A DNA stretch of 64,000 nucleotides from a virus: the IMG/VR virus record IMGVR_UViG_3300020048_000062, positions 34,938 to 98,937 of that record; one strand, given 5' to 3'. Of the stretch, positions 19,588 to 28,171 are shown one piece after another (the stretch's first letter is position 1; every line of letters starts with the position of its first letter). The notes under the pieces are model-generated. The model did not search any database, was not told where the DNA came from, and worked only from the letters and a program-made list of their open reading frames with translations. A program made the translations under genes and the position numbers.

Positions 19588-20385
19588 TTAAACAACAATC
19601 TGTTTAGGAAGTCTCGACATATCGATTACTCTATCGTTAGTAAAATTGGCTTCATTTGTTGCGGTATCGAACCAGAACTTACGTTCAGTTACTGGCATTT
19701 CTTTCTGGTAAACATCGAAGAGACTATCTTCACGTGTTGCCAAGTGTTTGTATCCGATTTTAGGCATTGAAAAAATTTTGCAAGCATTGTTTAATGCTCT
19801 TAAAAGGAACTCATACATAAAGGTAAGTTTGATGTTTGTTTTATACTTACCAATGTTTACGAACTCTGATTTCTTGATGACTGCGCCACTAAGTTTAAAA
19901 TCAGTGTATTGTTTTAATGCAGCAGCATTCAAATAACCCATTTCACCATTCTCGCCAACGAACTGCTGCGCCCAAACGGTTTCGTTTGTTAGTTTTATGC
20001 CTTCGCTCTTATCATTAACTTCAATCATCATTGACAAGAATACGTCAATATTTGGATAAGCCTTGGTGTATGCAGCAGCATTTTTAAAATAGGTTGTACT
20101 AAACTCGTCATCAAATTCAAGTACCGTGAAGTACTCTGTTGTTACGCTATCAACTGCAAGGTTTACTTGTGATTGATAATCGGTTTTACCTTCATTCAAT
20201 ATGACGATAGGTTCAATACCTTCAACTGTTTTAATCTGAGGATAAACATCGGCAGGACATACGATAATTACCGTAGGTGTTTCTGCTTTGTTTTCTTGTT
20301 TTACGATTGATTCAAGTGCTTTAGTTAAGTATTCTTGAATCTTTTCGTTATATTCGTGTACTGGTATTATTACTGAAATATTCAT
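19588..20385 (-). CDS. Glycosyltransferase family 2 (GT-A)
   Basis: ISVIIPVH, VNLAV....TEYFTVLEFDDE (DxD-like). Confidence 0.85.
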   Translation of the reverse strand: MNISVIIPVHEYNEKIQEYLTKALESIVKQENKAETPTVIIVCPADVYPQIKTVEGIEPIVILNEGKTDYQSQVNLAVDSVTTEYFTVLEFDDEFSTTYFKNAAAYTKAYPNIDVFLSMMIEVNDKSEGIKLTNETVWAQQFVGENGEMGYLNAAALKQYTDFKLSGAVIKKSEFVNIGKYKTNIKLTFMYEFLLRALNNACKIFSMPKIGYKHLATREDSLFDVYQKEMPVTERKFWFDTATNEANFTNDRVIDMSRLPKQIVV

Positions 20386-20409
20386 TTGCTATATTGTTTT
20401 TAATTAAGA

Positions 20410-21591
20410 TTATTTACTTGGTTCGTAAGGTATTGTTTCAATCTGTGGTACTGCTGGTGCTGCTGGTGTTAATGCACCTTGAAGTAAGGCGATACGTGCG
20501 TCAATATATGACTGGTAGATAGCCTGTAAGCTTTTTTCTGCTGCTTCCTGAGTGTAGTTTGAAACTACTTTATCCATTGATTCATACAATGCTGACATAA
20601 TGCTATCATCCAAGAATTTGATAAGTACTTCGCCAGTTAATGCAGGTAAATCATAGAAATTGTCAGTCCAAACGCCAGCACCTTCAACCACTTTAGTTAC
20701 AACACCATTTTCGTCTCTTTCAAGCATATAGTCTGGCATGATATCTGGTTTAAGTGCAATTGGAACAGTGCCCACTTTCATACATTCTAAAGGAAATGTG
20801 CCAAAGCTTGCAATCCTGTCAACCCAAACGGCTGCGAAGTTACCTGATAACCTTTTTGCAAAGTCAACCCTACGCATAGCTTGTGGTGGTTTTGATTTTG
20901 TAAGCATTGGGTCAAACGTAACCCAACTGTATTGTGGAAACCTGCTAAAGAAAAGTTTAACAAATTTCGAAATTTCATTTGCGTTCCTACCAATAACAGA
21001 AATGATTGGTTTCTGTGGAATTGCTGACTTCTGAAAATATTCAGGAATACCGATATTGTATGTACTAATATTAAATTTATTCTGACCGTAGAATGTTTCA
21101 ATCCATTCCTTCAAAGTTTGTGAAGTTGTGATAACATCACGAATACCAAAGGATGCCCAATCAGTACCGGGAATCAAGCTATTTACCATGTAATCAACAG
21201 ATTGCATTATACCAACCCTTATACAAGGTAAGTTTTTAGTCTGCTCCATTACGTTGGAATATACTTCGGGAATAAGCATTATGTCCTCAGGTCCTACCGT
21301 CAACTTAGGGTCGGCAATCGACATATGTTTGTGATTTGTAAGTTCTTTTTCAATCCATGTTGGTGGGATATAATCTCCACGTTCAATCAATACAGTTACG
21401 TCATAACCCATATTTTTCATGATAGTTGCATGAAAATAAAGTTCATATACGCTTGCACTTGGACTCTGTGATTCTGGTATGCAAACTAAGAATTTTGATT
21501 TCTTATTCACAAGTTTATCTAAAGATACTTTAATCTTTTCGATTTGTTCTAATTCAGCTTGATTTACTGCTGTATCTAATACTTCACTCAT
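20410..21591 (-). CDS. Glycosyltransferase, GT-B fold (GT4-like)
   Basis: IPEVY, ITTSQ, SFGTFPLECMKVG.VPI (E-x7-E-like donor site). Confidence 0.75.
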   Translation of the reverse strand: MSEVLDTAVNQAELEQIEKIKVSLDKLVNKKSKFLVCIPESQSPSASVYELYFHATIMKNMGYDVTVLIERGDYIPPTWIEKELTNHKHMSIADPKLTVGPEDIMLIPEVYSNVMEQTKNLPCIRVGIMQSVDYMVNSLIPGTDWASFGIRDVITTSQTLKEWIETFYGQNKFNISTYNIGIPEYFQKSAIPQKPIISVIGRNANEISKFVKLFFSRFPQYSWVTFDPMLTKSKPPQAMRRVDFAKRLSGNFAAVWVDRIASFGTFPLECMKVGTVPIALKPDIMPDYMLERDENGVVTKVVEGAGVWTDNFYDLPALTGEVLIKFLDDSIMSALYESMDKVVSNYTQEAAEKSLQAIYQSYIDARIALLQGALTPAAPAVPQIETIPYEPSK

Positions 21592-22024
21592 ATCGTTTAT
21601 TGTTTTTTATATTTTTCTATTATTATGTTTGCTGTGTCGGCAGTAAATTCTGCTTCCCAATCAATTTCAGTCATAAAAAGTTCAACTTCTAATGATTTCA
21701 ATACTGGAAATCTATCAACCAATATCTGATTTATTTCGTTAAAATCTAATTCGGTTGAAACATCAACACCATTTACTACTCTATAAATCAAAGGAAATAT
21801 TATGATTTCATGTGATTCATGAATATTTTCATCTTTTAATTCTTCTTTTGCTAATAGAAGTTCCATCGCTTCTTCATAAAGTAATGCACACTTTAATTTT
21901 TTCTCGTCATCTAATTGTAATAAGAGTCCAACTTTTTCCCATTTACCGACAACATCATTGTCTGGTTCTACATTTTTAATAAATTCTGAAATACCACTCA
22001 TATCGTTTATTGTTTTTTATATTT
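21585..22024. repeat. Exact 30-bp direct repeat (21585-21614 and 21995-22024) flanking one gene
   Basis: cactcatatcgtttattgttttttatattt at both positions. Confidence 0.92.
21597..22001 (-). CDS. Small protein resembling fragments of a T4-like major capsid protein
   Basis: KWEKVGLL..L...K...ALLYE, EIIIFPLIYRV, IDWEAEF. Confidence 0.55.
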   Translation of the reverse strand: MSGISEFIKNVEPDNDVVGKWEKVGLLLQLDDEKKLKCALLYEEAMELLLAKEELKDENIHESHEIIIFPLIYRVVNGVDVSTELDFNEINQILVDRFPVLKSLEVELFMTEIDWEAEFTADTANIIIEKYKKQ

Positions 22025-22747
22025 AATTATTTTTTCGAACTCTGGACTTTCAGTTAAATCATTAATCTGTAGTACTTCCAATGAGCCAGCTTTTATGTTT
22101 TCGTTGTATGGTCTCTTAAGCTTAACAAGCTTTTTGCCCCAAGGTGTGCCAAGTGTCAATATCTCAGGGTCGGTAGTGATTAATATGTCAATATCGTCCC
22201 ACATTTCAGTTGCTTTATCGACAAACTTAATGTTTTTAAACCTAGCAGTCATCCTACTTAAGAAAAACAATGTAGAAGGTATACTAAAACGATTTTCAAC
22301 TGAAAATAAAGTAAATTCAACATTCTCACCATATTTTAACAAGAAGTTATTTACATGTAAGTCCATGCCTTTATACATGATTGGTGCGCTGGCATGAATT
22401 TCAAAACAATAGTCTTCATACAAGAAACGATTGTAAACTTGTCTCGCTGTTAGTCTAACTTCTTCTTCTTTCTTAAATAAGAATATATCAGCAGGTGCTT
22501 CTCCCAACTTTTCATCGTGCTGATAATAAATTGGATTAATGTTTTCTGGCATATCTTCTGGTTCTTTCAAATCCTTGATGATTTCCACAGTATCTTCAAA
22601 CTTATAGTGCTTAAAGAAGTCGTAAACGTATGGCTGTTCAGGAACACCTTCCTCGCCAAATTCTTGTGCATAGAATCTATCAAATTGAAGCCATTTTGCC
22701 CTGAAAACTTCATTAATGTCTATACCTACTTTTAATTTTTTACTCAT
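22007..22747 (-). CDS. HAD-like 5'(3')-nucleotidase family protein
   Basis: KVGIDINEV (variant motif I), T.FFL, DILIT.DP, RPYN. Confidence 0.6.
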   Translation of the reverse strand: MSKKLKVGIDINEVFRAKWLQFDRFYAQEFGEEGVPEQPYVYDFFKHYKFEDTVEIIKDLKEPEDMPENINPIYYQHDEKLGEAPADIFLFKKEEEVRLTARQVYNRFLYEDYCFEIHASAPIMYKGMDLHVNNFLLKYGENVEFTLFSVENRFSIPSTLFFLSRMTARFKNIKFVDKATEMWDDIDILITTDPEILTLGTPWGKKLVKLKRPYNENIKAGSLEVLQINDLTESPEFEKIIKYKKQ

Positions 22748-23027
22748 GTTTTGTTTGTTTTAATAATTCTGCTTGATATTGAAGCTCTTCTTTTAATTTT
22801 TTCATCAGTTCTATATTCTCAGCAACCAATGCTTCGTCAGTAATATACTTTGGGTTAATGCATTCAATTCTTGTATCTGCCGATTGTGTGGGTAATATAA
22901 TTATCTCGCCTACAAACGTCTGTGGTATAATTTTCGCTGCAACCTTATGTGTAAAATCTCCAACATCTTCGCTGCGAATACCTGCTACACCAATGTATAG
23001 TACTAATATTTTACTCTCCGTTTCCAT
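22740..23027 (-). CDS. Hypothetical protein
   Basis: 95 aa, overlaps both neighbours in the operon. Confidence 0.6.
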   Translation of the reverse strand: METESKILVLYIGVAGIRSEDVGDFTHKVAAKIIPQTFVGEIIILPTQSADTRIECINPKYITDEALVAENIELMKKLKEELQYQAELLKQTKHE

Positions 23028-23922
23028 TTTTTTCTAATTCATTTAATTCTATTGGTGATAAATGATTTGGATTCGCCCAATCGTTGAGTGTCTTTTTTCT
23101 AGCTTCCTTTAAATCAGCTAAACTAATTGTCTTAACTGTCTTTGTATTTCCAGAAACATCTATGGTAGCCATATATTCTTTATATTTCTCAACAATTATA
23201 TCAATAAGTGGGTTTCTGACATTTGTATCATTTTCATTCATTTCAATTGTTCCAATTTGATCCACATCAGCATACATTTTTAAAAGTGCTTCCAATGAAC
23301 TATCTTTTTTGTTCTTTAGGTCAATCTGATCAACGTCACCAAGTACAATTAATTTACAATTAGTTCCGATACGTGTTAATAAAGTTAATGCATTATCTAA
23401 AATAACATTTTGCATTTCATCTGCAATAATAATACAATCATCCATACTTGAACCTTTAATATATGCGAGTGGAAATGGTCTGATTATTTCTTGTTCACGT
23501 AAAGTAGTGATAGCTGATTCAAATATTAGTTTTTCCATATTAATGTAGTAACTCCACATGAACGGCTCAAACTTGTCTTTCATATCACCCTTCAAGAAAC
23601 CTAATTCCTCATTTTTAAGGGTAGTAACTGATTTAACTAAGTAAATTCTCTTATAACGATTATTTGATTTCCTAAGTAAGCTGAGTGCATATGCTAAAGC
23701 TACAAAAGTTTTACCAGTGCCAGCACGTCCAGAACAAATAGTTACTTCATTATTTTTTATTGATTGTATTAACTTTTTCTGACTCTCATTTTTTGCTACT
23801 AATTTAATGTCGTTAGTAATTATTTTTAAAATTATGTTTTTTATTTTATTAATTTCAGCACCACTATTCACAGTGGTAATTTCATTAAAATCCTTCTCTT
23901 CCTTAACTCGGTCTCTACCCAT
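23011..23922 (-). CDS. phoH: PhoH-like ATPase
   Basis: GRAGTGKT, ELGFLKG, PLAYIKG, IIADEMQN, LTRIG, GDVDQID, VRNPLI. Confidence 0.93.
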   Translation of the reverse strand: MGRDRVKEEKDFNEITTVNSGAEINKIKNIILKIITNDIKLVAKNESQKKLIQSIKNNEVTICSGRAGTGKTFVALAYALSLLRKSNNRYKRIYLVKSVTTLKNEELGFLKGDMKDKFEPFMWSYYINMEKLIFESAITTLREQEIIRPFPLAYIKGSSMDDCIIIADEMQNVILDNALTLLTRIGTNCKLIVLGDVDQIDLKNKKDSSLEALLKMYADVDQIGTIEMNENDTNVRNPLIDIIVEKYKEYMATIDVSGNTKTVKTISLADLKEARKKTLNDWANPNHLSPIELNELEKNGNGE

Positions 23923-24047
23923 GTTACATTTATATTTATAAAATTATTTACTCCATATAAGCTTATACGTTAAAAAATAAATTATCTTGAATTTTAAACA
24001 AAATAAATTTTGTCGTATTTATGAAAAAATATAAAAATTTATAAAAC

Positions 24048-24983
24048 ATGGATGAAAATCAATTACCAGAAAGAGAATCTATTGGTGACGCAATAGGAAA
24101 GTTCAAACAAGGAACTAATAATTCAATCGACACTCCTGCTCCAACAGCAGTTGCAAGTGGTGTTCCTAAAATGCAGCAAACTGCTATGCCAAGAACTAAT
24201 TTTAATCCACAAGACTTCGAAAATACAATGTCGAAAGAAACTGACCCAGATTTGATGACTTCATATGAAGTAGTTAAATTACCATCAGATGGAAAATTCT
24301 ATTCACACGGTATTGGTCAGGTTGATGTCGAATACATGACTTCAAAAGACGAAGATTTACTTACAACACCTTCCTTAATTGAGAATGGTACTGTATTAAA
24401 TGTGCTTTTGAAAAGGAAAATTAAAACAAAAGGCATTGCTGTAGAAGAACTACTTGAAGGCGATAGAAATGCAATTTTATTGTTTCTACGTACATCAAGT
24501 TATGGTTCTGATTATACTGTAACAGTATCTGACCCAAGAAGTGGTGTTCCTTTCGACACAGTCGTAGATTTACTTCAACTACAATATAAGGAAGTAAGTG
24601 AATTGCCTGATGAACGTGGTTATTTTAGCGTTTTCATTCCTATGCGTAAGAAAACTGTTATATTCAGACTTTTAAATGCAGGTGAAGACAATATGTTATC
24701 GAAAAAAGCTGCACATATGATGGAAGCCTATAATGAAGAAGTAAGTCCTTATAATACATTGAGATTGAAAGCAAGTATTGTTGCTATTAACGAAAGAAGT
24801 GATAGATCATACATCGATAGGTTTGTTGATGCAATGCCAGCAAGAGACTCATATACAATTCGTAGAAAGATAATTGAAGTTAGTCCTGACGTTAACATGG
24901 CATACACTTTCATGGCAAAAGACGGCTATCAATTTGTTGCCAATTTAACTGTAGGAGTCGATTTTTTTTTCCCAAGCACTTAG
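24048..24983 (+). CDS. Tail assembly chaperone / baseplate hub assembly protein
   Basis: LPS.GKFY, MTSKDEDLL, GDRNAIL..LR..SYG..Y, ends DFFFP; immediately upstream of the tape measure; GTATTTAT at 24015-24022. Confidence 0.75.
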   Translation: MDENQLPERESIGDAIGKFKQGTNNSIDTPAPTAVASGVPKMQQTAMPRTNFNPQDFENTMSKETDPDLMTSYEVVKLPSDGKFYSHGIGQVDVEYMTSKDEDLLTTPSLIENGTVLNVLLKRKIKTKGIAVEELLEGDRNAILLFLRTSSYGSDYTVTVSDPRSGVPFDTVVDLLQLQYKEVSELPDERGYFSVFIPMRKKTVIFRLLNAGEDNMLSKKAAHMMEAYNEEVSPYNTLRLKASIVAINERSDRSYIDRFVDAMPARDSYTIRRKIIEVSPDVNMAYTFMAKDGYQFVANLTVGVDFFFPST

Positions 24984-25165
24984 CGGGTGAGTACAAAAAA
25001 ATGGTCGATGAAGAGATATACATATTGACCAAACACGCTAAGTTTCAAGCAGAATATATCGAGAAACTACCGATTTACCGCAGACGACACTTCTTGTTCT
25101 TACTTCAAAGAGAGAACGAGGAAGTAGAAAAGATTAGAGATAAAGCTCAAAGAAGAAGTAAGTAA
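24962..25165 (+). CDS. -1 frame extension of the tail assembly chaperone (or a small gp51-like ORF from ATG 25001)
   Basis: Run of 9 T then CCC at the end of the upstream ORF; the -1 frame is open: FFFPKHLAGEYKKMVDEEIYILTKH...LPIYRRRHF...RRSK*. Confidence 0.7.
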   Translation, partial: FFFPKHLAGEYKKMVDEEIYILTKHAKFQAEYIEKLPIYRRRHFLFLLQRENEEVEKIRDKAQRRSK

Positions 25166-25167
25166 AG

Positions 25168-25214
25168 AATACAATAGACCAAGGTGATAAAAAATCTTGG
25201 TCTATTGTATTTAT
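25168..25214 (+). promoter_or_regulatory. Hairpin (17-bp stem) whose 3' arm overlaps GTATTTAT, upstream of the tape measure gene
   Basis: aatacaatagaccaagg / tcttggtctattgtatt; motif at 25207-25214. Confidence 0.6.
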
Positions 25215-25231
25215 ATAGAAAACAAAACGAC

Positions 25232-27760
25232 ATGGCAGGAAAAAAAGGTGCTACCATTCTTAAAGAATATGAAGCATTGAATTTATATTTGAAAGACCAG
25301 TTACAGCTACAGAAAAGTACTAATGATTTAATTGGGGCAGCAGCAACACAAGCTGAAATTATTGCTGATAGACAAAGAACAATCAACGAATTAAAACAAA
25401 AATACGCTGACTTGACTATAGACGATAAAATCAGACTTGATGCACTTGTGGATTTACAAAGGGAAGAAGTTAATCAACAAAAGCAACTTAATAAAGAATT
25501 AGAGAAGTCAAACAAAAGAAGAAAAGAAGCTGTTGGACTTGCCAAACAATTAGGTGAACAACTTAAAATCGGATGGAAATATCTTCAAGACAGTGACAAG
25601 ATTATAAGAACAACAATTCTTAATTTAGGAATGTCAGGCGTTAAAGCCGAAGCACTTAGAAAGTCATTTGAAAAAAGTGCATCATATGCTGCTATGTTAG
25701 GTGGAACACTTGCCGATAATAAAGCAATTCTTGAGGGATATGCTGATGAAACTGGTAGAGCACGTGTATTAACGGGAGAAATGTTAAAAGACATTCTTGC
25801 AGTTGGTAAAGGTACTGGTATTGGTGTGGAACAAGCTACAAGGTTAGGTGCACAGTTCGAAATAATGGGTTTTGATGCAAGAAAAACTATTGATTACGTT
25901 CAAGGTATTGTTGATACATCTGAAAGAATGGGTGTTAATACTACTAAAGTCCTAAAGAATATTAATGATAACTTTAAAAAAGTAAATACATATAGTTTCA
26001 AGGCTGGTAGTAAAGGTATTGCTGATATGGCAATGAATGCTGAAAAAATGAAAGTCAGTATGAAAGACGCACTTAGTGCTGCTGATGCTGCAAAAGGTCT
26101 TGAAAGTGCAATTGAATTAGCTGCTAACTTACAGGTAATGGGTGGTGAATTTGCTAAGACAGACCCATTTGAATGGATGTATTTAGCACGTAATGAACCA
26201 GAAAAACTAACACAAAAGATTTCAGAAATGACTAGAGGTATTGTCACATTTAGAAAAATGAGTGATGGTACATTTGAAAAATTCATCAGTCCAGCAGATC
26301 GTCAAAGACTTGAATCAGTTGCTAAATCACTAGGTATTAGTGCCGAAGAAATGACAGAAATCACACAAAGACGTGCCGACTTAGATAAAATGAATAAAGA
26401 ATTAGCTGGCACAGGTTTAAGTGGAAGAGAAAAAGAACTCGTACAGGGTGCTGCAATCTTTAACGCTAAAACAGGTAAATTTCAAGTACAGCTTGCGGGC
26501 ACAATGGAAGACATTTCTTCTTTAACAACAGAACAAGCAAAAGCATTTGTTCAAGAACGTTCTACCTTAGAAGAAAGAGCAAAACAAGCACTTACATTTG
26601 ACGAATCATTTAAAGCTACCATAGAAATATTAAAAGCAACACTATTACCATTATTAAGAGGTATACAGATTGTGTTAAATCCATTAATGAAAATTACTAC
26701 TGCGCTATCAAAGTGGTCAGATAGTGGTTGGGGTGGTGTGGCTGCTGCTGCTGGATTATTAATCTTAGGTGCAGCAGCATGGAAAGTTACAGGTGCATTA
26801 CTTACTCGTGCTGCTAATGCTATGATGGGTGCAAAAGCCGCTGGAGCAGTACCAATGGGCGGTGGCGGTGGTACTGCTCCAATGGTAGGGAGTCAACAGC
26901 CTCGTGCTAAAAATGGTAGATTTGTTAAAGGTGCTGCATTTAAATCAGGTGCAAGAAGTTTCGGTCAAAGTGCTGGTATAGGTGCTGGTGTAGGTTTGGC
27001 TGCTGCTGGTGTAGGTGCTGGTATTGGTATGGCTGCTGTTGGTGTAAGTAAATTAGCTGATTCAATGGCTAAATTAACTCCTGAACAAGCCAAGACACTT
27101 CAAAGTATTACAATGTCATTGGGAACATTTGTACTTATTGGCGCAGGTGTAGCAGCAGCAATTATATTAGTTGGTGGTGCAAGTACTGGTGCTGCACTTG
27201 GTTTAGGTATATTTGCTGGTGCTGTTGCAGTAGTTGGTGCAGGTATTGGTGTAGCTGCATGGGGTATAGGAAAAATGGCAGAAGGTTTAGGAACATTACT
27301 TAAAGGAAGTAAAAATGCTGGTAAAGACCTAATGAGCATTGCTGCTGGAATCTCAGCTATTGGCGGTGCTGGTTTAACTGCATCACTTACAGGTGGCATT
27401 GGATTAGTAACTATGTTAAGTACAATTTCAGCATATGCGCCATCAATAGGTAAAGTAGGTGCATCATTTAGAGAAATAAGTGCTGCTTTAAGTGGCAACG
27501 CTGCTGATTATACGGCTGTAAAAGAAGCGGTGGAAGCCATTTCCAAGGTCAATACGTCAGGTGGTGGTATGTTGGCTGACTTAGCAAGATTATTAAAATC
27601 GCCATTAAAAGTTGAATTTGCTGATAAAAATATTAAGATGACTAATGATATTACATTAAACATTGATGGTCAGAAGTTTATGCATAATGCATATGACGTA
27701 AATGTGGCAATTCAGAAGCATGTTTCAGCTGTAAATGGTACTGGTGGACATAAGAATTAA
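25232..27760 (+). CDS. Tail tape measure protein
   Basis: About 842 aa, helical, with Ala/Gly-rich hydrophobic segments, downstream of the chaperone; start reassigned to the ATG at 25232. Confidence 0.85.
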   Translation: MAGKKGATILKEYEALNLYLKDQLQLQKSTNDLIGAAATQAEIIADRQRTINELKQKYADLTIDDKIRLDALVDLQREEVNQQKQLNKELEKSNKRRKEAVGLAKQLGEQLKIGWKYLQDSDKIIRTTILNLGMSGVKAEALRKSFEKSASYAAMLGGTLADNKAILEGYADETGRARVLTGEMLKDILAVGKGTGIGVEQATRLGAQFEIMGFDARKTIDYVQGIVDTSERMGVNTTKVLKNINDNFKKVNTYSFKAGSKGIADMAMNAEKMKVSMKDALSAADAAKGLESAIELAANLQVMGGEFAKTDPFEWMYLARNEPEKLTQKISEMTRGIVTFRKMSDGTFEKFISPADRQRLESVAKSLGISAEEMTEITQRRADLDKMNKELAGTGLSGREKELVQGAAIFNAKTGKFQVQLAGTMEDISSLTTEQAKAFVQERSTLEERAKQALTFDESFKATIEILKATLLPLLRGIQIVLNPLMKITTALSKWSDSGWGGVAAAAGLLILGAAAWKVTGALLTRAANAMMGAKAAGAVPMGGGGGTAPMVGSQQPRAKNGRFVKGAAFKSGARSFGQSAGIGAGVGLAAAGVGAGIGMAAVGVSKLADSMAKLTPEQAKTLQSITMSLGTFVLIGAGVAAAIILVGGASTGAALGLGIFAGAVAVVGAGIGVAAWGIGKMAEGLGTLLKGSKNAGKDLMSIAAGISAIGGAGLTASLTGGIGLVTMLSTISAYAPSIGKVGASFREISAALSGNAADYTAVKEAVEAISKVNTSGGGMLADLARLLKSPLKVEFADKNIKMTNDITLNIDGQKFMHNAYDVNVAIQKHVSAVNGTGGHKN

Positions 27761-27779
27761 TCTTATTTTAGAAAAGTAC

Positions 27780-27810
27780 TTGTAATTGTCATTTTTTTAT
27801 TGTAACTTTG
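27780..27810 (+). promoter_or_regulatory. Bacteroidota-type promoter with no ORF directly downstream
   Basis: TTG-N20-TAACTTTG. Confidence 0.6.
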
Positions 27811-27814
27811 CCGA

Positions 27815-28135
27815 AGTTTTCTTCAAACTATTTCGAAATCGTTCTACGAACAATTACAAATAAGTCCTCTAAAACATCTTGCTTCAGTTCTCCGAACCAA
27901 AACACAAACTTACAAGTATTGTAATTCAATTCTTCGAACTGAACTAAAACTCGACAATATGGGAGAGGTATGCTTACTGAAAAACAGTAAGTATTTTTAT
28001 TTCTATGTAGTATATTAAATTTCATTTAAAGAAAAATTATTTTGAATTCTCCCCAATTAGTTTTGATATAACAGGTTGCTTGGGGTTTGGCGGTTAGTAT
28101 ATAGTTTTTGGGAATGTAAAATTAGTACTTATAAA
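27815..28135 (+). ncRNA. Candidate structured non-coding RNA (or origin-associated transcript)
   Basis: About 320 nt with no credible ORF after a host-type promoter; hairpin atgcttactg-aaaaa-cagtaagtat and gggaga/tctccc, ccccaa/ttgggg pairings. Confidence 0.3.
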
Positions 28136-28171
28136 ATCAATATGCAAGTATTTATTTATAAAAACTAAATA

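Noticed and set aside
27828-28025. 65-aa minus-strand ORF in the non-coding gap
   Set aside because: It opposes the local promoter and gene direction and has no motif or promoter of its own
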